Shown: positions 52,154 through 64,000 of the stretch, in pieces
Layout of the letters: each line of letters opens with the position of its first letter
Position numbering within the stretch: the stretch's first letter is position 1
DNA from: Antedon mediterranea
Taxonomy: Eukaryota > Animalia > Echinodermata
Assembly (NCBI RefSeq): GCF_964355755.1
Contig: NC_092674.1
Location: 22,010,001 to 22,074,000, forward strand
Length of the DNA: 64,000 nucleotides
Direction of reading: 5' to 3'
Position numbers and translations under genes: made by a program
Notes under the pieces: generated by a model
The model's database searches: none
Told to the model about the DNA's origin: nothing
Seen by the model: the letters and a program-made list of their open reading frames with translations, nothing else

Positions 52154-55100
52154 TTAACGCATATCTAGGGGCAACTTTTTAAGGTTTTTTTCTTCTAGTT
52201 CATCAACAATATGCGTTTTTCCCATAGCCTCTAATATTTTCTTCACATCTGCCCACTGGTTCACGCTGCTGTCCTGTCTTTCTCGCCATCGTACAAGTGC
52301 ATCAGTTGTTGATTCTACAATTTCATTGCGAAACTTTACTGCGATCTGGCATAATTCTGCATCATCAATAAGAAGCCTTGTGCAAAAATCTTTCCAGTGC
52401 TCGTCCATCATTTCAGAAATTATTAAGATTGCTAAGTCTGTTAAAAATCCTGTGGAAATAAAGCAAAGGAATCAGATTTGTATATATTTTTAATTATAAA
52501 ACTTTATAATATCATAGTAGAAAATTAGTCAAATAAAAGTTTAAAGATATATTACAAGAAAGCTACCGACGAATCATTGATCCACACACCTAGGCTAGTC
52601 AAAAGAAACATATGACCATTATTAACCAACCTTCGTTTAGGCCTAATTGTTCTGTAAATAAAACAAGTTTTCCTAAACATCCTTCATTATATTTATAGGC
52701 ATGTCTTTTGCAAAGAAGATCGCTGAGAGCAACACATTTTTGTTGTCTTAAGGCATTGATCATTATAGGAATCTGGTCTGAAGGTTGATTATTTCTCCAA
52801 GATATCAGGACTTCCATAATGCTGTCTTTGACGTCATAGTTATTGTTTGTAATATTAATAATGTCTCTCCATTCAATTCCAAGTCGCACTGCTAGCCTTC
52901 TCCACTCTGACTTTAAATTCTCGCAGATAAATAAGACATCCTGGTCATCAAAGCAATCTAGATAAATTATAATTTGGAAGATTAAAAGCATCAGTTAGAT
53001 AGTTTAAAATATTTTCTCAAATTCTAATAGTGAGACTAATACATGTTAAAAAGAAAAATGGATCTTCAAACGGACTTCCATTCACATTTTGTTCGTTCTT
53101 AATTTAATTTTTACAATAATTTATACAGAATTATTTGGGTTTTTTCTGGGAGCGGAAACTAATTGTAATACCTGTTCAACTGGACACATTATACAAGTAG
53201 GTTGGCTTTACTACGGTGCCAATAATAAGAGTATACAATGTCTATTGGACCAGTACTAAATCTAAGTACTTGTACACTGCCTTAGAAAAACATGTGAACA
53301 AACTAATTGCTTGTACAATTCATATTTCAGAAAGTTTTATCAAATTATACATCTCAACATGAATACCTGCATTTTTTAAACTTTCAGATTTTTCTTTTAT
53401 ATCCTCTATAAACGTGGAAGCAAGTTTTCTGTTGCCATGTTCAATAAGAGCAATACAAACTACTTCAAGTTGATTCAGTTCATTAATACAGTTTGTCCTC
53501 CAACATTTCATCATTTTTTCGGCTGCTTTAATTGACTCCATTTCCCTACCAAATGTATGTTTTACTTCAGTCCAACTCATCCCCAAACGAACACCAAATA
53601 TTTTCCAGTCATGGATCTCCTCAGCTACCTTTCTAATTGTTTTATCATCCACATAACCTAGATTAGATAGCAAATACATCTCCACAAATTAGCACCTACT
53701 TTTTAAAAGCCACTGCCAATTCCAATATCTTTCTCAGTCAGTAAAGTCGTTTATCAACAATTTTGTTTAACTAGATGGTACACTCGCTTCGCTCGCGTAC
53801 CATAGGTCGTGCCCACAGATGTAATGGTTCTCGAATACACAGTAATTTCAGCGTAACAAAACTGGCGATTTCAAATGTACGTACCGCAGGACTATAATAC
53901 ATTGTCGTTTACAAGAAACGAATAAATAGACACGATGATTTATGTAGTCAACTAAAATTAGCACCCTGGGAATTACTTCCGAAGGAGAAACTTATCACAA
54001 AATGAGTCCAGATTTTATTTTTTGATTTGGACTCATTTAAAAAAACCCAATTTGTGTTTTGTATGTAACATTAGGGTTGAGGTATGGGAAAGCGGATAGG
54101 TACAAAGAGGAACAATTTTTAAATATATTCTTTATCCACTCAGTAACGAAATATTTTTTTCATGTTTTATAGGCCTATAAATAAAATACCTCTAAATACA
54201 GTAAAACATTTGCGATTTAATATTTTGTTAAAACTGTCACTGTCATAATCGATTGAAATATTAAAGTACATGTCACGATACACTACTACGACGTTTATAT
54301 TATTGGTAATTATTAATTAATACAAACGTTGAGAAGGAACTGTCAGTATAAAGTTTATTTGTATAATTATAATAATGTGTTTATATATCTAACAGTAGAG
54401 CCTATCCACAATCTCACTAATACAGTTTATTTGTATATATTTTTATATTACATCTAACAGTACGAACATTCACAGTAAGAAATGTTCGATTCAAATGAGG
54501 ACCAAAAATAGTTAATAGGTATTTACAGTATTGTCAACGTATTTCAAGTTTATTCTCAAAGGGCCCATATACTTATTTACCTACTGTATGTGTTAAACCA
54601 AGGGCTCATAAATTTACCTACTTGTGTTAAACCAAAGTCTGGCAGACAGAGATTGGGATGTTCCATTCATCGCAAATCAATACATTTGTATAATCGTATA
54701 TTAAATCTATCAAAATAGTATTTTTTAAAGAAAATCGGCCTGTCTTCAACATTATGATGCTGAACTCTAGCTGTTCAACCGGTTTTCAGCTATTAAAAAC
54801 AATTGTCGTAGGAGGAGATAGGAAAATGCGAAGCCTCCTCGCATTTTTGTGGCGGGTATTTTTCAAGATGGACATCCATTAGACAGTGTGTACCACGATC
54901 GGAAAACACCCCTATTTGGGCAAATCATTACACCTAAATTCGTTTTAATCGTCAATAACTAATTATCTAACTTAATTTAATTAGTAAACAGGGTTACATC
55001 AGGTGGTTAAAATCAGTAGGCCTACCGAAAGTACGAACCAACTTTATATACCATCGAGTAAAAATTCTAGAAGTAAGGCGCGATTTACCGAATTTTGCCC

Positions 55101-58100
55101 TTACGTAAATTTATATATAGATATATGGTTAACGCACATTCCAAGGAGAGGAATGTTGCAGCGCCCATGTGGCGGCTCTATATTGCTCTGTGCATAACAA
55201 CTTCGTATCTGTTTGCAGATGGTTTTTTTTCATCAAATAAGTTTTACTGGATGCTGGATTAGCAAATTGAGCACCATATATTCACAAATTTCTTATGTGG
55301 AAATAATCGTATCTTGGAGTAAATCGCAGTCGTTTTTCTTGTTGTTTCCTGAAGTTCAGCTAGGCCCTGCTTGTGCCTTTATTGTTTTAATTCAAACTCA
55401 TCACTGCCCAAGAACAATGGTCTACTAGCATCAGTGGGAAGCTAGCCCTGTACTTTCAATCTGACTGTGCATATTGTTATGTAAATGACCTTGTACACCT
55501 CATGCTTGAAGATCTGTTGTTGTCATGCTAATTAGCTATAGCTCTGAGTTTCTTCATGGTTTACAGGGCTGTGTAACCAACAACAATAACAGCTGTGAAC
55601 TTCTTGAAGAATCTTGCTTAATTATACAATCTTTTAAGTTGAACTCCAGTAGCTGTAGTATCCACCTATTACCAAGGAGGCCAAAAAGAAAAACCAGGCG
55701 TGGTACAAGAGCTGGGCGTGACAAACACACTAAAAACAATCTATCATTTCTGGACTTATCATCAAACTCTCTCTTATCTAAAAACAATATTAAATTTTGC
55801 AGTATTAATACAAGATCCGTTCGGAACAAAACAACAGAATTTGTGGATTTCGTTATCGAACATAATCTGGATGTTGTTGCCCTTTCGGAAACGTGGCTTA
55901 AACCAGAAGACACATCAGTTATAGGAAATATTACACCCAACGGATACTCTCTCAAACATGCTCCCCGTGCTGGTACTAAAAGAGGTGGTGGAGTTGCACT
56001 TCTTTACAAGGAAAGCATAGCGGTTAAATGTTATGACACGGGATTATTACCAAAATCATTTGAACTGCTAAATGTGGAAATAGTCAGCAATGAATCCTCA
56101 GTTTTCCTCGTAGCAGTATATCGTCCTCAAAGCAAATCAACGGGTTGCAGTCTAAATGTTTTCACTGAAGAATTCTCAACTTTGGTTGATCACTGAAGCC
56201 GGCTCCCATACTATTCGTTGGAGACTTTAACATCCATGTGGATATGCCAAATGATGCAGATGCAATTCATTTTCGGAATCTACTTGTAGCAAGCAGTCTT
56301 CAACAGCATGTGTCTACACCTACACACCGACATGGTCATACATTAGACTTGCTGATCACTCGTTCATCTGATCCTCCTGTTTTCTCAAACCTTAATGTCA
56401 TTGATGGTATATCAGATCACTATGCAATCACATGTAATCTCCTTATCAAGAAGCCACCCGTAATCACTAAATCCATCGAAACTCGTCATTGGAATGCTAT
56501 AAATTTTGAGACATTATGTAAAGATATCACACAGTCTGATCTCGGAACTTCGCTCTCAAATCTTGATTTATCAAGTAAAGTACGACTATATGTCACCACT
56601 TTGAGTGAACTTCTTGACAAACACGCACCACCGAAAAAGAGAACAGTAAAGGTCCGACCAAACACTAGTTGGTATAACAGTGACATCTATGCTGAGAAGA
56701 GAACAAAGCGTAAGCTTGAAAAGAAATGGAGAATCTCTCATCTGGAAATAGATCGTCAAGCTTACATTGCACAGAAGAGGAATGTCAATTCCATGGTAAG
56801 AAAGGCAAAGGCCAACTACTACATTGGCTTGTGTGAAGAACATGCAGCAGATCAGAAAGGACTTTTTAAAATTGTTAACCAACTCCTTCATCATCGCCAG
56901 GTATCACCTCTCCCAGATAGTCTTTCTGACTTAGATCTTGCGAACAGGTTCTGTCAGTTTTTCACAGACAAGGTCAAGATCATCAGAGACGACTTCAAGA
57001 TTGATGACATGTCATTTAATGAGCCTGTGACAGCTGTTCATCAGCATCTCACAACATTTACACCAGCATCTCAAGATGAGATCCGCAACATTCTGATGAA
57101 ATCACCAACAAAATCATGCAGGTTAGATCCAGTTCCTACTTCTATACTGAAGAAGTGTATAGACGCAGTCGTTCCAATAATAACGGAAATCATTAACCAT
57201 TCTCTTAATACCGGCATAGTGCCAGATGAACTGAAAATTGCTCACGTTCGTCCTTTAATAAAAAAGCAAAACTTGGATCATAACACGCTGAAAAATTACC
57301 GCCCGGTGTCGAATCTTTCTTTTCTTGGAAAGACTCTGGAGCGTGTAGTGACATCACGCATTACTCCATATCTTCAAAAGCATAATTTAAATGAGAATTA
57401 CCAGTCGGCATATCGTGCATGTCATAGCACGGAGAGTTCCCTTTTAAAGGTACAGAATGATTTGTTACAAGGAATGAATGATGGGAAAATAACGCTATTG
57501 GTGTTGTTGGATTTGTCAGCAGCGTTTGATACAGTTGATCACCAAAGACTGATAACCCGTCTGAGAAATCGCATTGACATAAATGGTGTTGCTCTTAACT
57601 GGTTCCAGTCATATCTTACAGGAAGACGTCAGCTAGTCTGTATCAATGATGCATTCTCAGATGAAGCTTGCCTGGAATATGGTGTACCACAGGGGTCAGT
57701 AATTGGGCCTGGCCAGTTTTCCATTTATACGCTTCCCCTTGGTGACATTATTCGCAAACACAGTCTACATTTCCATTTCTATGCAGATGATACACAGATT
57801 TATGTGTCAGTAAATCCAGTGCAAAGGGATGTTGCTGCAGCAATCAGTAAGATGGAAGCCTGTATAGAAGATGTTCGCAATTGGATGACAACAAATTACC
57901 TAAAGTTGAATGATGGAAAGACAGAGTTTATTATCGTCGGGTCTAAATGTAGCATCTCCAAAATCAACATCACACATATTAGAATCGGAAACTCTAACAT
58001 CGCTCCCTCATCGGTGGTCCGGAATCTGGGAATCATGCTGGATAGTAATCTCACTATGGAAGCACAAATAACAACTGTATCCAAAGCAGCATGCATATCG

Positions 58101-61100
58101 ATTAGGAACCTTGGTCGTATTCGCGGTAATCTTAACAAGAAAACAGCTGAATTGATTGTACACTCATTTTTCACTTCTAAAATTGACATTGGTAATGCCT
58201 TTTTGTTTGGCTTACCAAAATCTCAAATACAACGTTTGCAGCGCTTGCAAAATATGGCAGCTAGAATTGTAACTTATACAAAATCAAACGCTCACATAAC
58301 TCCTGTCCTGATGGATTTGCATTGGTTGCCTGTTCAACAACGTATTAAGTACAAACTTGCGTTGTTTGTATTCAAGATCCTAAATGACAGTGCTCCTGCT
58401 TATTTATCTGACCTTGTGGATCGTTACGAATCATCCCGCAGAGGCCTACGATCATTGTCACAAAACCTTCTTCAAGAGCGTAGAGCGAAAAATCAGTGGG
58501 GTCAGAGATCTTTTTACGTTGCGGCCGCAAGTGTATGGAACAGCTTACCAGCAACAGTTAAATGCTCAACTAGTCTAAACAGTTTCAAGACCAACCTAAA
58601 GACGTCGCTATTCGCTGATGTTCTCGCACGTTGTTAATGCACAAAGCGCCATGAGCGCCACATGGGTGGAGGATACCGGCGCTATATAAGTTTTCATTTA
58701 TTATTATTATTATTATTACTTTTACATAATGTAACCATTTCTCTTTGGAACAAATTACAAACATGCTCATTCAATCCTCATGTTTAAAAGGCTTTACTTT
58801 TCGAGAAAAATGTATACTCTTAATTGTAAATTAATGCTTTGGTCTAGTTAGATGCTCAAATAATTGAGAACACGTACCTGTTACATAAATTAGTAAACGG
58901 AATGCAGTGACTCCACACTGTGTCGGTCGGTTGGTCGGTCGGTCGGTAAACACTAATTCAAATTTGATCACGCGATTGCAGCCATGTATATGGTCTTGTT
59001 ATTTTACTGGAAACTTGGTTTTTGTGATGCACATTCACATGTATTGGAGTTATTATTGTTTTGTTGTTTTTGTATGTAATACTCAAAATTCTATGAAACT
59101 GCTTACCTTTGAGATGAGACTTTGTTGATATAGCTACAAAAATAAATAAATATAAATTCATAAAAAACCTACTACCTTCATTTATTTTACGTGGGAAGTA
59201 TAATACTGCTTACTAAACGGTGGATTAGAGCATTATTATAGCACAGCACAGTATTTGGATGATTATAAATTGTTATAAAAATATTAAACAACTTAAACAA
59301 ATTAACATGACATACGTAAGTTTACAGAATACACATTCTTTTTATTTTTGTAAATTTTTCCTAATTAAATCAGAACCACATACTGTAATTATTATTATCT
59401 ACTCTATACACTACTTACCATCATCTTGAGACTTGGAATTATCTATAAAAATATAAATATAATTATAGAGTAAATTGTTTGTTGTTTTACTGTTTATAGT
59501 TTCTTTTACTGCAGTTGAAAAAATAAATTTGTAAAGAAATCATAATGGCCGATAACATTACATTTTTTTTTTAAACGTTTAATTGTTTTAATCATGTGTA
59601 TAATAAATACACAAATAAAAAGTACATTTAAATTACCTTTTGGTAGTACATTTTCGCCAAACAATTTACGGTAAAGTTTTACTTCCATTTTATTGCTTCT
59701 ACAAGGTAACTCATCTTTGTCAAACTTGCGAATATTGTGCATATGAGCATTTTGAATGTTTGGACTACATGTACAAGGGATGCACATCCTTACTTCAAGA
59801 CCTCGCGCATCCTTCTGACTAAACACTTTCAATTCTTCTTGAAGGAAACAAAGAACCTAACACATAAAGTATCATTGTTATTTTCATTTTTTTTTTATGT
59901 ATTACTTGTGCTATAATTTATTTATTTGAGAATGGTCCAATAATAGTTTCAAAAATGAGAATATAAAGAGTTCTTAGAATATAAAAAAAGAAATTAGAAT
60001 AAGCTGTTATGTATCACTTTGTTATGCCTACCTTTTTACATGTGTCAGGTAGTGGCTTGTCATCTTCAGTACACTGTTGTTCTGGAAGACAGGCAGTGAA
60101 ACTCTTAGTTCTTACTATTGTTGTCTGAAAAAAAAACCCAAAACTGAACCTTATGTATGGTAGTTTGGCACAATCACTGTAAATCTATATTTTGTATCCA
60201 AGAGCTTGTTATTTCACACGTTAGTAGAAGATTGAATGAGTTTTCTTGACCTCTATAATCCATACAACTGACTGAATACTAATTACATTTGAATCTATTA
60301 TTATTTTACATATGACTAAGCTGTTTAAGAAACATTTTTTAATTTACAATAATGTGTAGAATAGATTTAAGTTGTATCGTTTTCAGTTTTAACATGTTTC
60401 TATTACACAATATATGATAAGTCAGTCCTAATTTGTTGACAGTATGCAGTATAATAGTACCGATTATAATATTTACCTGTAACATACGACAATGCTTAAT
60501 GGTAGCAACATATAGAATAACTAGATGATCAGCATCAATATTCATTTCTACATGCTCGTAGGAGAGTTGAGGTTCATAATCTTCCATTTGAAATTTTTCA
60601 ATGAATTTGGTTGCAGCACTTTGAAAGAGATCATCTGGAAGATATCTACCAAAATCATGAAAGAGAGAAACTGCACGCTTTTCTTCAAACTGTGGTAGTC
60701 CTTTGGCTTCTGGTTTCAAACGTGGTAGAACATAGAACATGCGTTCGCCATTCTGTAAATAAAACAATAATTAAGGAATAGAAAATGGAAATACGAGTTT
60801 CAACAGAAAAAAATTTTGTTTAGTATTATAAATACCTTTGTACTTTTTCGTTCAGTCATTAAACCAAACTTTTGCATGAGAGACACAAAGTCCTTCAAAG
60901 TCACATACTCTTTGAAATTTTTCAACAGATGTTCCAACAATTCACCTTTTAAAATACCGTATTCAAGATAATCCCAAGCGTCACTCATGTCTGGGTCCTA
61001 TTATGGTTAAAAACGAAGTTTAGTTTCACCATGTCAATTATGAGTAACTAGAAAGATTTCCATATCACAGCTAGTTTACCAAAACCCTAACCAAATCTAG

Positions 61101-64000
61101 TTTACAACATTCTAAGTAAAAGTTCAGTCGTTTTGATTCCCCATGCGTACAATAGAAAATAAAGTATGATAAACAAACGTACAAACTTTTTTTCTTGTTG
61201 AGAACATTTCATGATTTGAAAGATTGACTACTTTATTTTCAACGAGGCGGAACCGCGTTAAAAATAGAGCAATCAATCTTTCATCAAATGAAATATTCTT
61301 TCCATTTAACAAGGAATACAACATATTCAGTATTGCTTTATTACACATCTGATTGCATTCTTGCCATTTCATTGGTTAACTACGCATCATTTGTCGTTCA
61401 TTATTTTGTACAAATGAACAATGAGCGGCACTACGTTGTACGATAAACGGCGCTATTGATTGTTGCTGCTTCTTATGAAAATTCGAGTCTCTGCTGTACA
61501 CGCCGTCTATAACTGTTCTAATCTCCGTCCAATATTAGAGCCCTGCCTGTGAATGCTTCTCGGCATAGATTGAACGATGATTCAAGATAGACTTTTTACA
61601 GTAGTTTAATTTATAATTTGAATTTATTTAGATTTAGCTTAGAATTTTGTAGTGCTTTTTTTGCACAGAAATGTTCTACTGTCAAATTGTTTCTTAACTA
61701 TTGTATTGTGAGGCAATTTCAACACAAGCTTTGCTTTAGAAAACTGTGTATCTTTCATAATATGTACCTAACCTGAAACTCTGGATCTTTAACAGTGATG
61801 ATTGTTTTAAACACGTCAACAAGCCGCATCAAATCTATAACAATTATATCTTTTAGATTATTGTCATCGGGGTAGTAAAGAATCTCGCCAATGTCATGTA
61901 AGTACTCAAGCAGAACTCTGTGATCTTTTGTTACTCTACAGTTGTTTAACAAATCAAAGATCTAAAAGAAGTAAATTGGTGAAAAATGAATTAAAGACAA
62001 TCTAAAAAAGGTTAGTGGGTATAACAATTGTAGATATTGTATAGTTGAGTACTGTTATACTGTACTAATCATCGTTTATTAAACTTCTGGTATATTTTGT
62101 TTATGCTATTCGTGCTTTGTGTAATGACATATTAATACGTTTTTGATATAGTTCAACAAACTTGTCATACAAAATATTAAAAATACAAATACTTGGAAAT
62201 AGGCACAATTAAAATAAACATTATTTAGAAAAATATGCTTGTTTCTACCTTAGCAGTTGGTATATAGATGAAGTTCCTCTTTAAGCCTTGGATTTCCTGT
62301 TGGACTTGTAACCATTTTATTGGCAAAGTACGGATCATTTTCTTGGACAAATCAAGTATTTTTTCGATGATGTTAAAACCGTTGCTCTTGGCAAATGGTA
62401 GACTGTTTTCAATTGTAAAAATAATTGAACACACCATTGCCCTGTATGGTTTGCCTTTTAGAGCTTCTTGGATTGTTTTCTTTATTTCTGCAAGCTGTAA
62501 TGAAGTGAACCAGGGTGTCATCATTATTATCTAAATGTACTGTCATAATATAAACACGTGGCGGTAAAAAGATGTTTTGACAAGATTTTGAAAATATCAA
62601 AACAAAAATGAAATCAATTCTTCAGTTTGACAATTGTTAACAATAAAAACATACTATCTAAAAATACTTTCTCTATTATTTTACCTTGCGTTTCTTTTCT
62701 GCTTCACTACCTTTAAGGCCATTTAAATGTGTACCTATCAATAATACATGAGGACAAAGGAGACCTTCTATTTTCTTTGCGTCAGATCTACTGTTTGTGT
62801 ATATTGAACAAATCCAATAAAGGATGAAATCTAGATTTGTCATTCGATGTTTGTACATTTTACCCTAAATACAAAATTAACATCGTTAGATAAGTTTGAG
62901 ACTTGTATTTCCAAGAGAGTTGTAGGTATATCCATTTTAGTTGATTATTAATACATTACAATAAAGTGAAATTGATCACAGTCTATCACTTTAGGTTAAG
63001 TCAGTCATTGTGGGTTATCATTGAGAAAAGCATTCCTATTCTACATTCCACAACTGAACGTCTTTAGGGCTGTTTTTCCCAGTACCCTTTGTTGCATTTC
63101 CTAATAACAGCCGCATTTCCGGCAAATATTTCAAAACTTGTTCATTGGTCGACTCTACTAAAAGATTTAAGAGTAACCAAACTCGCCGGATTGTTTTGGA
63201 TAAGAAATTTGCAAAATGCAACAATGGGTACTTCCAAAAAAAGTTGTTGCCTACCTAGGGTAGAGGCTTCCCTGATTTAAACAAAAAAAACCTGTATTTA
63301 TCTATACTGTCAGATTGTGGTAAACATTCTTCGTATGAGAATGGCACAACTCATATTAGCGAAACACAACATCACTCAATAGCAAATTTCAGAGTTATTA
63401 ACTAAAAGTATGAATAGAGTGACAAAACATCCAGACAATTAAAGTAGTGGGATCTCCTATGGTAATAGAGTGCCAAGACCAATTAGAGAAGTGGAAGTTT
63501 AAGAGAAATATGGATTTCTAAATCAGTCATTGTATGCTTAACATGTTGTTGTGAATAACCAAAGTGCTGCCTCAAATAATAGGCGTTATGTTTTTATCAA
63601 TTATCAATTGTGACCAATTACAAATAATACAGTAAATAACTAAACAAGCACAAAATATGCTACGCCTTACAGTTGTTGGGTCCAAGACCATAGCTGGTGC
63701 CTCCAGATCATGACACAGGTTGAATACTACACAAATAACAGCAAATGAAACCATGAAGATCTACCGGTATGATATTATTATTATTATTAATTGAATTTTA
63801 CAAATGATGTGTATTGTTGTGTATAAAAAAATGTACTCGATTTGTTTAATGGTGCGCGGCAATTGCGAACTGCACACTGTCTAGCACATTCTATGTGAAT
63901 ACAAGAGAAAATACTTTACCCGCTGTATCACATGATAAATTGGTTGTCCTCCGAAGTCCCAAATATTCATCACAAACTTGTTATTAGACTCCTGGTTGTC
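52154..64000 (-). CDS. ROCO protein: Roc GTPase - COR - three C-terminal death domains; 5'-partial
   Basis: Exons on the minus strand: >64000-63920 (NIWDFGGQPIYH, G3), 63760-63671, 62864-62685 (LIGTHLN, G4), 62494-62249 (FTIENS, LPIKWL), 61961-61773 (LEYLHDIGEILYY), 60997-60836, 60752-60477, 60124-60032, 59856-59637, 59442-59419, 59133-59107, 53657-53367 (DD1), 52957-52631 (DD2; donor uncertain), 52449-52154 (DD3). Splice phases are consistent. Confidence 0.88.
53771..55121 (-). mobile_element. Non-autonomous Helitron
   Basis: Minus strand A|TCTATATA ... hairpin (ATGGTAC..GTACCAT, 53775-53803) CTAG|T: canonical 5'-TC, 3'-CTAG, A-T insertion, no TSD. Confidence 0.75.
55140..58718 (+). mobile_element. 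LINE, CR1/L2 group, near full length, intronic and antisense to ROCO
   Basis: APE endonuclease (NTRSV, LSETWL, GGGVA, VYRP, GDFN, GHTLDL, SDH) and RT (NYRPVS, LDLSAAFDTV, GVPQGS, YADD, LHWLP); 3' GCGCC..GCGCTATATAAG(TTA)n tail. The 5' boundary is approximate. Confidence 0.92.
55525..58637 (+). pseudogene. LINE endonuclease-reverse transcriptase ORF with one frameshift near 56190-56200
   Basis: ORF 55525-56196 (endonuclease) and ORF 56238-58637 are in different frames; PILFVGDFNIHVD continues in the second frame. Confidence 0.85.
58905..59000 (+). mobile_element. Short DINE/HINE-like fragment
   Basis: (GTCG)n-TAAACACTAA-CACGCGATTGCAGCCATG, as at 34213-34325. Confidence 0.55.

Overview
AT-rich, intron-containing genomic DNA from an invertebrate animal. 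A marine deuterostome such as an echinoderm is my inference from the gene and repeat content. I assembled the genes by hand from GT-AG exons. In order, the window holds: (i) the 3' half of a divergent vitamin K-dependent gamma-carboxylase (GGCX/HTTM)-like gene; (ii) three tandem secreted MACPF + ApeC (apextrin-like) genes on +; (iii) three tandem caspase-8-like genes on -, converging on the MACPF genes: one full DED-DED caspase, one DED-less copy with catalytic His->Tyr, and one DED-less copy with an intact dyad; (iv) the 3' part of a ROCO gene (Roc-COR plus three death domains) on -, directly upstream of the caspases. Introns and spacers are dense with transposons: an L2/CR1-type LINE, a Helitron, DINE/HINE-like elements, MULE-, Academ-, hAT-, Kolobok- and pogo-like elements, and 5S- and tRNA-derived SINEs. 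The most interesting signal is a compact candidate innate-immune/cell-death locus of sensor GTPase, diversified caspases and pore-former lectins, with several unusual catalytic-motif changes. No database searches were run; family calls rest on motif recognition.
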